Part shown: positions 9,529-19,383 of the stretch, piece after piece
Layout: every line of letters begins with the position of its first letter
How positions within the stretch are numbered: the stretch's first letter is position 1
Assembly (NCBI GenBank): GCA_047517625.1
Contig: JAKZSO010000190.1
Location: forward strand, 1-35,892
Source of the DNA: Alphaproteobacteria bacterium
GTDB lineage: Bacteria > Pseudomonadota > Alphaproteobacteria > UBA2966 > CAIVPW01
DNA: 35,892 nucleotides
Direction of reading: 5' to 3'
The notes under the pieces: generated by a model
What the model saw: only the letters and a program-made list of their open reading frames with translations
Databases searched by the model: none
What the model was told of the DNA's origin: nothing
Position numbers and translations under genes: made by a program

Positions 9529-10837
9529 CGCCATCCTGGCCCGCCTAGGTCGGCTGCACCCCAAAAAGATCGATCTTTCCCTAGGCAGAATCGAGCGTCT
9601 GCTGGAACGGCTGGGGCACCCTGAAGCCAGCTTCCCGCCGGTCATTCACGTGGCGGGCACCAACGGCAAGGGATCGGTCATCGCCTTTTTGCGGGCGATC
9701 TTAGAGTCCGCTGGCCACCGGGTTCATACCTACACATCGCCGCACCTGGTGAATTTTCACGAACGCATTCGCTTGGCCACGGGCCCTGGCCAATCCAAAT
9801 TCATCGACGAGGACACCCTGGCCACCACCCTGGACGAGTGCGAGGCCGCCAACGGCGACGCTGCAATCACCTTTTTCGAGGTGACCACCGCGGCTGCCTT
9901 CCTGGCGTTTTCGCGGACCCCGGCTGACGTGCTGATTTTGGAGGTTGGCCTAGGTGGCCGTTTGGATGCCACCAACACAATCGACGGCCCAGCGCTGACG
10001 GTGATCACCCCGGTATCCGTGGACCATGTGGGGTTCCTGGGGCCGGATCTGGCTGGAATCGCCGGGGAAAAAGCCGGCATCCTAAAGCCCCAGGTTCAAG
10101 CGGTCATCGGCCCCCAAGATCCGCCCGCGCTGGCCGCCATCGAGGCCCGCGCCAGCCAAATTGGCGCGCCCTTGGCCCTGTGGGGGCGCGATTGGACGGC
10201 GACGGCGGCTTCCGGTGGCACCATGACCGTCCAAACCGGCGGCACTGTGCGAACGCTGCCAAGACCGGCTTTGGCGGGCGGCCACCAGGTCCAAAACGCC
10301 GGGCTCGCGGTGGCCTGCCTGGACCAACTCCCGGCGGTGGCGGTGGACGATGACGCATTGGCGAGGGGGTTGGGCGCGGCGCAGTGGCCGGGGCGGTTGC
10401 AGCGCCTGGATGGCCGCCTGGCTGCGCGCCTGCCGCGGGGGGCAGAACTGTGGCTGGACGGGGGCCACAATCCCGCCGCTGCCCGGGCGTTGGCCGCCGC
10501 CGCCCGGGATTGGGCCGCGACCGACCCCAAACTATTGGTCTTGGTGACCGGCATGCTAGAGACCAAAAACGTCGCGAAGTTCTTTCAGGCGCTGGGTCCC
10601 GAGGCCGAGGCCGTGGTGGCAGTGCCGGTGGCCGGCGAAGATGCCAGTTTGGCGCCGGCAGTGCTGGTTTCTATCGCGGCAGAGGGCGGGCTGGCCGGGG
10701 TTACCAAGGACAGTTTGGAAGATGCCCTGGATCACATCGCGAAAACCCGGAGCAGTTTCCCGCCCCGGGTCTTGATCTGTGGGTCTTTGTATTTGACCGG
10801 CACCGCCTTACAGGCGGACGGTCAAAAAATCATCTAA
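9518..10837 (+). CDS. folC: bifunctional folylpolyglutamate synthase / dihydrofolate synthase (start codon unresolved)
   Basis: Mur-ligase-type P-loop [10 protein letters not shown], then [12 protein letters not shown] and [11 protein letters not shown]. FolC-like sequence ([33 protein letters not shown]) continues in frame upstream of the first canonical start, GTG 9650. It runs back to a TGA at 9509-9511, and no ATG/GTG/TTG lies in between. CTG 9518 is the only weak candidate. Confidence 0.85.
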   Translation: MPSDAILARLGRLHPKKIDLSLGRIERLLERLGHPEASFPPVIHVAGTNGKGSVIAFLRAILESAGHRVHTYTSPHLVNFHERIRLATGPGQSKFIDEDTLATTLDECEAANGDAAITFFEVTTAAAFLAFSRTPADVLILEVGLGGRLDATNTIDGPALTVITPVSVDHVGFLGPDLAGIAGEKAGILKPQVQAVIGPQDPPALAAIEARASQIGAPLALWGRDWTATAASGGTMTVQTGGTVRTLPRPALAGGHQVQNAGLAVACLDQLPAVAVDDDALARGLGAAQWPGRLQRLDGRLAARLPRGAELWLDGGHNPAAARALAAAARDWAATDPKLLVLVTGMLETKNVAKFFQALGPEAEAVVAVPVAGEDASLAPAVLVSIAAEGGLAGVTKDSLEDALDHIAKTRSSFPPRVLICGSLYLTGTALQADGQKII

Positions 10838-11160
10838 AGCACCGATTCGATCCACTCGACGATCTTGCCCTTGGGCACCGCGCCGACTTTTGTGGCGGCA
10901 ACTTGGCCGTCCTTAAACAGCATCAAGGTCGGGATGCCGCGCACGCCAAATTTGGTCGCGGTCAACGGGTTGTCGTCGATGTTGAGCTTGGCGATGGTCA
11001 CCTGCCCATCCATTTCGGCGGCGATTTCTTCCAACGCCGGGCCGATCTGCAGGCAAGGGCCGCACCATTCGGCCCAATAGTCCACCAAAACGGGGGTCCC
11101 GGATCCGAGGACATCGGCCTCGAAGGATTCGTCGCTAATGTGGGTCAAACTCACAGCCAT
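10834..11160 (-). CDS. trxA: thioredoxin
   Basis: 108 aa with the WAEWCGPC active site. It lies downstream of addA, as is common in Alphaproteobacteria. Confidence 0.95.
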   Translation of the reverse strand: MAVSLTHISDESFEADVLGSGTPVLVDYWAEWCGPCLQIGPALEEIAAEMDGQVTIAKLNIDDNPLTATKFGVRGIPTLMLFKDGQVAATKVGAVPKGKIVEWIESVL

Positions 11161-11273
11161 TTACTCCAATCAATAGAAAGCCTCCGGGGTCAGCCGGGCC
11201 CGCCCAAGGGCCGCGCAGCAAAACAATCGGAGGCAGGGGTTGACTAAAAGAGTAGGCACGGCACCCTCCGCCG

Positions 11274-14200
11274 TCAAGGCGTGGCAGCGTCCAGGGCCTG
11301 ATCGGCCAGCGCCATCAGCAGCGGTCCATCCGTCCATAACAAAGCGCAACGCACCGGTTTCCCGGGGTAGATCGCCTGGATTGCGCCGCGGTATGCCGCC
11401 ATTTGCCGCATATAAATGGCTGGCACCTCCGCCGTGGTCGCCGGGGCCGGCCGGTGGGTTTTGAAGTCGACAATCAGAATTTCGTGATCCGTCACCAACA
11501 GTCGGTCGATTTGGCCGGCCAGCACGATCCCTCCCACTTTTCCCGCGACGGAGACTTCGGCCCGGCTGCCGGGCCCGAAAATGGCCGCGAAGGCCTCGTC
11601 TCGCAGCACAGCCAGTGTCGTTGTCACCATTTCGCCGGTGGCGGGGTCGTCGAAATCAGACCCCCCGGCGGCGGCAAAAAATTTGGCCGCGGCAGCCTCG
11701 CGCCTGTCATCAGGGACTTCCGCCAATAATTGCAGCATGCGGTGAATCAGTACGCCCCGGCGCAGGCCGCCCGCGGGCCCGGGGCCGGACAACGGCGATA
11801 CCACCGGTGGTTCTTCACCCCGGGGGCGGGACGGCGCCAAAGGCTTCGGTGGGCGAGGTTCCTCGGGCGCTGCCGTGGCTGCCACCCAAGGCGGCGCTGG
11901 CGGCGCTGAACTGACCGCGGCCTCTCGGCTCTCCGGCATGTCGGGTTCGCCGGTTTGTTCTTGGGACCAGCGCCGGGTGCCACCACCCTGGGGCTCCCCC
12001 CCGGTCACATTCTTGAGCCCACTTTCGATCAAATTGTACCAGCACGAGGCTTTGCGCGCGGTCTTGGTTTCCCAACCGCAGATGATCAGGCGGTCCTCGG
12101 CTCGGGTCAAGGCGACATACAAAAGCCGATGATATTCCTCGAACTGCTTTTGATCCGCGGCTTCCATCAATCGCTTGGACCTGACATCCGCCAATTTCTT
12201 GTTGGGCCGCAGCACCATGGCTTTGCCGTCGTCGTCCCACAGCACCGGATCGTATGTGATGGGTGGCGAACAGGTGTCGGGCAGAATCACGATGGGCGCC
12301 TGCAGCCCCTTTGCCCCGTGGATGGTCATGATCCGCACTTCGTCCCGGCCGGCTTCCAGATCGCGCTTGATATCGGTATCGGATTTGTCGAGCCAATTCA
12401 GAAACCCCTGTAGCGACGCCGGATGCGTGCGCTCGAATTCCAGCGCCGCCGCCAACAATTCGTCGATGGGATCGTTGGCTTCGGCGCCCAGGCGCTGGAC
12501 AATTTGCCGTCGCCCGCCGGTGGCCAGGAATTCGGCAAAAAATTGATAGGGCGGCATGGTGTCGGCCCGGGCCAGCAGTTCCGACAAAATTCTGTAGGCT
12601 TGGCCAAAATCGTCCCGGTCGCCCGCCCTGACCCGCAATTCGCGCCACAGGCTGCCCGCTCTATGGTGGGCCAAATCAAACAAGGCGGCCTCGCCCAATC
12701 CGATGAACGGGCTTTTTAGAACCACGGCCAAATTCAGGTTATCTTCGGGCAGCAGCACGAACCGGGCCAGGGCCGCGAGGTCCATCACCGGCAGCTGGTC
12801 GGACAAAACCATGCGGTCCGAACCACCCACTTCAACGCCGCGAGCTTTCAGGGCCCGGGACAATTCCTGGACAAATTTGGTGGTGCGGCGACGCACCAAA
12901 ATCAACACATCGCCTGCGCGCACCTCCCGGCCCCGGGCCGGCAGCGGCTCTGATCCAATCCAATTCTTCACCGTCGTTGCAATGCGGTCCGCCAAGGTGG
13001 CGCTGGCGCTGGCCGGTTGTTGCTGACCTCTGGGCGGCACCCAGGCGTCCGCGCCATCGCCGGTATGGGCGGGCTCGACCGGCCACAACTCGACGCTGCC
13101 TGCCTGGCCTTTGCGGGCGACGTGGTGGCGGACTTTCGATTCCGCTATCAATAAGCCAGACTTAGCGGTGTCTTGGGCGAAGATCGCGTCGACAGCCCGC
13201 AGGATCGGGCCAGTCGACCGGAACGACATGGCCAATTCCCTTGGCCGCCATTTCAACTCCGCCGCCTGAACCTTGGCTCCGAACGCTTCGCGCCATTTAG
13301 CAAACGCCCAGGGATCGGCTTGGCGGAAGCCATAGATTGATTGTTTGGCGTCGCCCACTGCGAACACAGTCCGCTGAGCCTGTTGGGCGTCCTCGCCGTA
13401 AAAAAATTCCTCGGCGATTGCCGCGATCAAGTCCCACTGTTCCGGGCTGGTGTCCTGGGCTTCGTCGATCAAAATGTGGTCGATGCCGCCGTCTAGTTTG
13501 AACAGCACCCAGGGTCCGATGCCGGGCTTTTTCAGGAGCTCCCGGGCCCGCAAAATCAGATCGTCGAAGTCCAGAACCGCCTGGCGGGATTTTTCCTGCT
13601 CATAGCGGTCGTGCAGGTCACGGCCAATTTCAAGCAGCGCCGCCGTGCCGTCCGCCACATCCGCCGCGCGCATGCGCTGAGTGACGAGCTCGACTCGGGC
13701 GGCCTCGATGCGCAGTACCGCCTCCGATTCGGGCGACGTCTCCTTCACTTTCTTGGTGGCCAAGCCATCGCGCACTAATCCATTTTCGTTTTTTCCCTCG
13801 TCCTTTTTTAGAAACGCGAGGACATACGCGGCAAAGTGCTGGTGGCGGCCTTCGCGGTCTTGGCCCAGCCAGGCGCCGATGGTTTGGGCACGTTGGATGT
13901 CAGTTTTTTTGCCCTTGGTTAACGCCGCGGTGGCGGCCAGCAAGCCATCGGCATCAAATGCGGCGTCGGCACATGCCAGCGCCGCGATTGATTGGGAAGT
14001 CTCACCGGCAGAGACGCCCAGCATTTTCCGGGTTCGGTCATTGACCGCGCCGACGCCATCCTTCAACAGCCGGTCTAGCCGGGCCCGATCACCGCTGAGT
14101 TTCTTCATGACTTCTGTGAACTGATCTTCGTTCAGGCGGCGGGTCAGCGCCGACAGGGCCGCAATCTTTTCCGGGTCGCCCCGAACCGTTCGCAAAACAT

Positions 14201-14693
14201 GATCACGGGCCGCTAATAAGATCTCCTCTGCCAACGCTTCCTCGGCCACTTGGAAGTGGGAGGTGAGATCAATTTCCAGCGGGAACCGCGCCAACAGGGA
14301 TTCACAAAACGCGTGAATGGTTTGGATCTTCAAACCACCGGGGACATCCAATACCGCCGCGAACAAGCGCCGGGCTTTGGCCACCAATTCACCGTCCGGC
14401 TTTGCCGCCATCGTCAGTGATCGCAGATCAATACCAAGTGGGCCTTCGTCCATCACCGCCCATTCGCCCAGGCGCTGGGTGACGCGAATGCGCATTTCGG
14501 CCGCGGCGGCCTTTGTGAAGGTCAGGCACAGAATTTTCCCCGGCGGTGTTCCGGCCAACAACAGCCGCAGCACCCGGTCGGTGAGCACCCGGGTCTTGCC
14601 GGCCCCGGCGGAAGCCGTGACCCAGGCCGAGGCTGAGGGATCGGAGGCCGAACTTTGATCCATCGTCGGTGCGTTGGCGCCGGTAACATCCAT
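11274..14693 (-). CDS. addA: double-strand break repair helicase AddA (UvrD-type helicase plus C-terminal PD-(D/E)XK nuclease)
   Basis: Walker A ASAGAGKTRVLT, helicase motifs (ILIDEAQDTSP, AVGDAKQSIYGFRQA, VRIMTIHGAKGLQAP) and a C-terminal nuclease region (GQIDRLLV..ILIVDFKT). I chose ATG 14693, 3 nt after the addB stop. The track ORF start at 14723 overlaps addB. Confidence 0.9.
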   Translation of the reverse strand: MDVTGANAPTMDQSSASDPSASAWVTASAGAGKTRVLTDRVLRLLLAGTPPGKILCLTFTKAAAAEMRIRVTQRLGEWAVMDEGPLGIDLRSLTMAAKPDGELVAKARRLFAAVLDVPGGLKIQTIHAFCESLLARFPLEIDLTSHFQVAEEALAEEILLAARDHVLRTVRGDPEKIAALSALTRRLNEDQFTEVMKKLSGDRARLDRLLKDGVGAVNDRTRKMLGVSAGETSQSIAALACADAAFDADGLLAATAALTKGKKTDIQRAQTIGAWLGQDREGRHQHFAAYVLAFLKKDEGKNENGLVRDGLATKKVKETSPESEAVLRIEAARVELVTQRMRAADVADGTAALLEIGRDLHDRYEQEKSRQAVLDFDDLILRARELLKKPGIGPWVLFKLDGGIDHILIDEAQDTSPEQWDLIAAIAEEFFYGEDAQQAQRTVFAVGDAKQSIYGFRQADPWAFAKWREAFGAKVQAAELKWRPRELAMSFRSTGPILRAVDAIFAQDTAKSGLLIAESKVRHHVARKGQAGSVELWPVEPAHTGDGADAWVPPRGQQQPASASATLADRIATTVKNWIGSEPLPARGREVRAGDVLILVRRRTTKFVQELSRALKARGVEVGGSDRMVLSDQLPVMDLAALARFVLLPEDNLNLAVVLKSPFIGLGEAALFDLAHHRAGSLWRELRVRAGDRDDFGQAYRILSELLARADTMPPYQFFAEFLATGGRRQIVQRLGAEANDPIDELLAAALEFERTHPASLQGFLNWLDKSDTDIKRDLEAGRDEVRIMTIHGAKGLQAPIVILPDTCSPPITYDPVLWDDDGKAMVLRPNKKLADVRSKRLMEAADQKQFEEYHRLLYVALTRAEDRLIICGWETKTARKASCWYNLIESGLKNVTGGEPQGGGTRRWSQEQTGEPDMPESREAAVSSAPPAPPWVAATAAPEEPRPPKPLAPSRPRGEEPPVVSPLSGPGPAGGLRRGVLIHRMLQLLAEVPDDRREAAAAKFFAAAGGSDFDDPATGEMVTTTLAVLRDEAFAAIFGPGSRAEVSVAGKVGGIVLAGQIDRLLVTDHEILIVDFKTHRPAPATTAEVPAIYMRQMAAYRGAIQAIYPGKPVRCALLWTDGPLLMALADQALDAATP

Positions 14694-14695
14694 GA

Positions 14696-17683
14696 TTATT
14701 CCTCGTCCCCGGTCGCCGACCATTCCTGGACCCGCGCCAGGTGGTCATAGTCAGAAAATTTTGGCCCGTTTTCCGGTCGAGGCCGAGACCGGTATGGCAT
14801 GTCAAGATTGTCGAAGGCGGCGATGTAGTTCACTAAGCCAACCCCTGTTCGCTCCACGGCATCCGCAACGTCCAGTCTCGGATAGTCCTTTACCTTGCCG
14901 GCTTCGACGCCGCCGCGCAGTTGCCAGATCGCGAACTGTTTGGCCGTGGCCGCATCAATATTGTCGAACCCCCCCGCCGCCGCGATGACCGCTTCGACCG
15001 CCAATTGGGGCGAAAACCCGGATTCAATCTCTTGGTTCTCTGGCGCCGAACCGGTCTTGTAATCGACGATGACGAGATTGCCGTCGGCCAACTTTTCGAT
15101 TCGGTCGGCGATCGCGGTCACCACAAAACCCCCGCCAGGGCCGGGCAATTCGAGGGTGCCATGGACTTCGCTGCCGACAATTTTCGCCAACAAGCGGCGT
15201 TCTTTTTCATGGCCGACGAACCATTCGGCCACCCGTTCGAATCGCGGCCACCAAAACGCCCATACTCCGGGCCGGACCAACAGCGGGCCAAAGGATTTCT
15301 TGCCGATTTCAATCAGGTGCCGGACCCCATCGTCGGGGATGTCGACGGGAAATGCCGTCACGAATTTGTCCAGGGCATCGTGAATGATGACGCCGCGGCC
15401 CTTGGCCCCGGGATCCTCGTCCAGATCATCCAGCGCCCGAAGCCTCAAGACATGCCGAGCATAGATTCCGTACGGATCACGCACCCACGTTTCGATCTGC
15501 GTTGCCGATAATTTCCGTGGCCGGGCAGCCAACGGTGGGTTGGGCGCAGGCGGGTCGATCGCCCGGGCGGGACCGGGGTGGTCCAACTTCGCCTGCCAGG
15601 CCAACCACGGCGAGGGCGAAAATGCCACGCCCTGGCCTCGCATCGCTGCGCCCAAACGCTCCAGCCACCGCGACGGCACCGTCGGTTGGCCACCGACTTT
15701 CGTCGCCCGGGTTAGGACCGCTACCGGCGCCGCCGCCGCCTGAACAAAATCATGGGCTGACAGGCCGACCCGCTGTTCCGGCACTGGTAGTCCGGCTTCC
15801 TCACGCATGGGCCGGGAAAGCCAAGGATCGGGTTTAGGTTCACCCGGCCAGGTGCCTTCGTTCAAGCCGCCGAGCACCACCACATCCGCCTGTTGCAGGC
15901 GGGCTTCCAACGTGCCCCAGATGTGCAAGCGGGGATGGCGGCCATAGGCGGGGCGAACCACGGCACCCGCCATCAAGGTGTCCAGCACCATCGGATAGTG
16001 CCTGCCATCAATTTTTGGCGCCGCCGACGCTGCGGCCAACACCTCGGACACCCACACCGCGGCGGCCTCGCCATCATCATGGGCCCACAGCCGTTGGTCT
16101 CCGGCCCGGGTGTTGTCCCTGGCCAGGTATTCCGCAAAGCGCACATGGGCGCGAACCAGAGTGGCCAGATCCGCATCGTCTTTGGCGATTTCGCCGCGCA
16201 GTTCCGCGGCTGCCCGGGCAATCGGCCGCAGCCAGTCTGCCGAGCCTTCCGAGGCGTGGTCTGCCGCTGACAACGCGGCATCGATCCCATCAAACCCGGG
16301 CCCCGGCCTGGGACCCCTTAATACCGCGGTTTCCAACCATCGCACCTGGGCCCGGAACGCCCCCGGGGCAAGGCCGCCCGCCGCCAACGGATGTTTCATG
16401 GCGCTGAGAAACGCCACCGGTGCGACATTCTGGGCGGTCATTTCCGCGGTCAGGCGGAGAAAGGCGCCGGCGGGTGATTGGGCCAAGGGCACGCCGGCGG
16501 AATCGTCAATTTGCAGTCCCCAGCGCTTTAGTTCCGCGGCGACCCGGCGGGCCAGATTCCGATCGGGGGTCACCAGTGCCGCGGTGTGGTCTGGCTGCTC
16601 CAAGGCCTCTCGCAACACCAAGGCGATGGCCCGGGCTTCGTGCTCCGGGCCTGGACATTCCATGTAATGAAAGCCTGGAATTGCCGCGCCGCCGGGCTCA
16701 GACAAATCGCCAGCATCCCATGCTGCCGAGGGGCGCAATGCCCGTGCCACCAGCGCCACGCGTTCCGGTGATCCAGCCCAGCCCGACCAGTGTCCCCAAA
16801 CCTCGACATCGCCGCAGTCCACGCGCAGGTGCCCGATCAAGGTCTTCATCGCCGCCTGGGGATGGCTGGCGTCGATCGCGTCCCATGCCGCCGGGGCCAT
16901 GGCCACATCCAACCCGGGCAGAATCACCGCTCCCTGGGGCAGTCCGGCGATCACCGCCATCAGTTCCGCCGTCGCCGGCACCGTGCCCGTTGATCCCGCG
17001 GCGTAGACGGGGTCTGCCGGCGGCGTTTGGCGCCATTGATCGGCTTGGGCCCGCATCAGCAGCTTGCGGCGCTCCATTGGGTCCAGAGTCCCGTCGGCGG
17101 CCAATATCCGCGGCCAATGGTGCGTAACCAAGCGCATAAAATTCAGGGTCTTTTGCCAGTGCTCCGCCAAACTGGCAGGAACGATTGCCTCCAGCGCCTC
17201 GAAGCCGACATCCTCGGTCTGCATCAGGTCCAGAAGAGCGCCGAGCTCCGACGCCAAAAACAGCGCCCGGTCGGGGACCATGGCGCCGCCCCCTGGCGAC
17301 CCTGGATCGGTGCGGCCAATGTCGGCGGATTGTTCTTGCCGCAGGATAAGGCGCGCCAACATCATTTGGCGGCGCAGAGGCGTGATCGCCGGAGCCAAAT
17401 CCAAGACCTGGCCGGTGTTCCCCTCCCATGAGGTGGCGAAGGCCGACACGGCCATGGCGTCTTCTTCGACATCGCCCAGGGGCCGCAGCATAGGTAACAT
17501 CAACGTCCCGCCTTGGACCCGCAGGAACGCTTCGCGCAAGCTTCGGCAGGCCCGCCGGGTCGGCAGCAGGACATTCACCCGGGCCAAGGTGTCCGGTTCG
17601 CCGCCATGACGGTCCAACAACCCCGCCGCCAATGCGTCGGCGAATGGCGTGCCAGTTGGAATATTGAAGACACGAGCGGCCAT
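14696..17683 (-). CDS. addB: double-strand break repair protein AddB
   Basis: About 995 aa lying directly upstream of addA. It has a C-terminal PD-(D/E)XK-like segment (AIADRIEKLADGNLVIVDYKTG). I chose ATG 17683 (MAARVFNIPTG...), 8 nt after the tsaE stop. Confidence 0.85.
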   Translation of the reverse strand: MAARVFNIPTGTPFADALAAGLLDRHGGEPDTLARVNVLLPTRRACRSLREAFLRVQGGTLMLPMLRPLGDVEEDAMAVSAFATSWEGNTGQVLDLAPAITPLRRQMMLARLILRQEQSADIGRTDPGSPGGGAMVPDRALFLASELGALLDLMQTEDVGFEALEAIVPASLAEHWQKTLNFMRLVTHHWPRILAADGTLDPMERRKLLMRAQADQWRQTPPADPVYAAGSTGTVPATAELMAVIAGLPQGAVILPGLDVAMAPAAWDAIDASHPQAAMKTLIGHLRVDCGDVEVWGHWSGWAGSPERVALVARALRPSAAWDAGDLSEPGGAAIPGFHYMECPGPEHEARAIALVLREALEQPDHTAALVTPDRNLARRVAAELKRWGLQIDDSAGVPLAQSPAGAFLRLTAEMTAQNVAPVAFLSAMKHPLAAGGLAPGAFRAQVRWLETAVLRGPRPGPGFDGIDAALSAADHASEGSADWLRPIARAAAELRGEIAKDDADLATLVRAHVRFAEYLARDNTRAGDQRLWAHDDGEAAAVWVSEVLAAASAAPKIDGRHYPMVLDTLMAGAVVRPAYGRHPRLHIWGTLEARLQQADVVVLGGLNEGTWPGEPKPDPWLSRPMREEAGLPVPEQRVGLSAHDFVQAAAAPVAVLTRATKVGGQPTVPSRWLERLGAAMRGQGVAFSPSPWLAWQAKLDHPGPARAIDPPAPNPPLAARPRKLSATQIETWVRDPYGIYARHVLRLRALDDLDEDPGAKGRGVIIHDALDKFVTAFPVDIPDDGVRHLIEIGKKSFGPLLVRPGVWAFWWPRFERVAEWFVGHEKERRLLAKIVGSEVHGTLELPGPGGGFVVTAIADRIEKLADGNLVIVDYKTGSAPENQEIESGFSPQLAVEAVIAAAGGFDNIDAATAKQFAIWQLRGGVEAGKVKDYPRLDVADAVERTGVGLVNYIAAFDNLDMPYRSRPRPENGPKFSDYDHLARVQEWSATGDEE

Positions 17684-17691
17684 GGGCTTGT

Positions 17692-18210
17692 TTACTCTTT
17701 TGGGTTGAAGTTGGCGAGCACCCCGTCGAGGCGGGATTGCCAATCCCCGTGACCCGATAAGATGGCGATTCGCGCGTCATCCGCGTCACCAAAGGCAAAT
17801 GTGATGTCCAGGCGGTTTTCCGGAATTAGAGACCCCAAGCGGTCCGGCCATTCCACAACCACCGGGCCCGCATCCAGGGCATCATCGAGGCCTAATTCTT
17901 CGACCTCTTGGGGGCCGCCCAGACGGTAAAGATCGAAATGGGAAAGGGCTTCGTCCCCCATTTCATAGGTCTGCACCAGGGTAAAAGTCGGGCTGGGAAC
18001 TTCCCGCGGCGGCGCTACCTTTGCGGATTTGGATTTGGCCACGATCACCGCTCTGGCGAAGGTGGTTTTCCCCACCCCCAATGGCCCGGTCAGGCCGATC
18101 ATGTGCCCGGGCAAGAGTTGGGACGCGACGGCGGCGGCCAAGTCGGTTGTGGCGCCCAGCCCGCCAAGCACAATTCGAACTGTCGCCACCGCCGCCGATC
18201 CAGCACCCAT
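17692..18210 (-). CDS. tsaE: tRNA threonylcarbamoyladenosine biosynthesis ATPase TsaE
   Basis: P-loop GLTGPLGVGKTTFAR, then SPTFTLVQTY and HFDLYRL motifs. The start is uncertain (ATG 18210 or 18282). The track ORF reaching 18537 runs through the divergent fnr gene and is not credible there. Confidence 0.8.
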   Translation of the reverse strand: MGAGSAAVATVRIVLGGLGATTDLAAAVASQLLPGHMIGLTGPLGVGKTTFARAVIVAKSKSAKVAPPREVPSPTFTLVQTYEMGDEALSHFDLYRLGGPQEVEELGLDDALDAGPVVVEWPDRLGSLIPENRLDITFAFGDADDARIAILSGHGDWQSRLDGVLANFNPKE

Positions 18211-18325
18211 CACGCGATTTAGAGCACGAAATATTGCGGTTGGCGACGAAGTTTTCTTGCGAACCGGGGCGTCCGCCGCCATGTTAGGGCTGGTTTTGGT
18301 GCAGTACTTTTTGGGTCTTCCCACG

Positions 18326-19378
18326 ATGAATGAACGCGCCCCCGCGGCAACCCGATCGACCGACGTGGTTATCATTGGCGCCGGCCCTGTTGGCCTGTTT
18401 ACCGTGTTTGAGTGCGGGATGCTGGGGTTCGATTGCCATGTTGTCGATGTTCTGGACGTGGCCGGGGGCCAGTGCGCGGCGCTGTACCCGGAAAAGCCGA
18501 TTTTTGACATTCCGGCCCACCCCAACATCGAATCCATCGATTTGGTCGACCAGCTGCTGGCCCAAGCGGCACCGTTCCACCCCCACTATCACATGGGTCA
18601 TCCGGTGCTGCGCCTGGATCCCATCGATCCGGCGAACGCGGCTAACCCCGGCTGGCGGGTGGGCTTGGGCGGTGGCGGCGGGGAAATCGAAGCCAAGGCG
18701 GTGATCATCGCCGGGGGCAGCGGTGCGATCGGGCCGGTGCGGTTGCCGTTAGCCGGCGCCGAAGATTTCGAAGGCGAAAGCCTTTTCTATGTGGTGCGGC
18801 GCAAGAGCGATCTGGCGGGCAAACGTGTGGTGATCGCCGGCGGCGGGGATTCCGCCGTGGACTGGGCGTTGGCACTGGACGGGGTCGCCGATCACATTTC
18901 GGTCGTGCACAGGCGCGACAAATTCCGCGCCGCCCCGGAAAGCGTGCGCAAAATGCGCGAAGCGGCGGCGGCCGGGCGCATGGAAATGGTCATCCCGTAT
19001 CAGCTGAAATCCTTGGATGGCAACGGCGGCAAATTGGAATCGGTGACCGCCGCAACGTTGGACGGCGAAGAAAAAATTCTGCCGGCCGATGTGCTGCTGG
19101 CGTTTTTCGGACTGGCCAACAATTTGGGGCCGATCGGCAAATGGGGGTTGGAGCTGGACCACAATCTGGTGGTCGTTCGGCCGGACTCCTGCGCCACCAA
19201 TTTGCCCGGGGTTTTTGCGGTGGGCGATATCGCCAGCTACCCCGGCAAACTAAAGCTGATCCTGACCGGGTTTTCCGAGGCCGCCATGGCCGCGCATGCA
19301 ATCCACCCGCTGATCAACCCGGACCACGAACTCCATTTCGAATACTCCACCGCCAAGGGCGTACGCGGCTTGTCCTGA
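18326..19378 (+). CDS. ferredoxin--NADP(+) reductase, thioredoxin-reductase-like type
   Basis: The dinucleotide fold DVVIIGAGPVGL, GGQCAALYPEKPIFDIP and a second fold VVIAGGGDSAVDWA, plus FAVGDIA. Length is about 350 aa from ATG 18326. Confidence 0.8.
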   Translation: MNERAPAATRSTDVVIIGAGPVGLFTVFECGMLGFDCHVVDVLDVAGGQCAALYPEKPIFDIPAHPNIESIDLVDQLLAQAAPFHPHYHMGHPVLRLDPIDPANAANPGWRVGLGGGGGEIEAKAVIIAGGSGAIGPVRLPLAGAEDFEGESLFYVVRRKSDLAGKRVVIAGGGDSAVDWALALDGVADHISVVHRRDKFRAAPESVRKMREAAAAGRMEMVIPYQLKSLDGNGGKLESVTAATLDGEEKILPADVLLAFFGLANNLGPIGKWGLELDHNLVVVRPDSCATNLPGVFAVGDIASYPGKLKLILTGFSEAAMAAHAIHPLINPDHELHFEYSTAKGVRGLS

Positions 19379-19383
19379 TCGCG

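Noticed and set aside
10384-11247. 287-aa + strand ORF overlapping the folC 3' end and all of trxA
   Set aside because: It has Arg/Gly/Pro-rich low-complexity translation, lies out of frame with or antisense to two well-supported genes, and is typical of spurious ORFs in GC-rich DNA.
16698-17798. 366-aa minus-strand ORF in an alternative frame of addB
   Set aside because: It is fully embedded in addB in another frame. Its composition is Arg/Gly/Pro-rich junk with no motifs.
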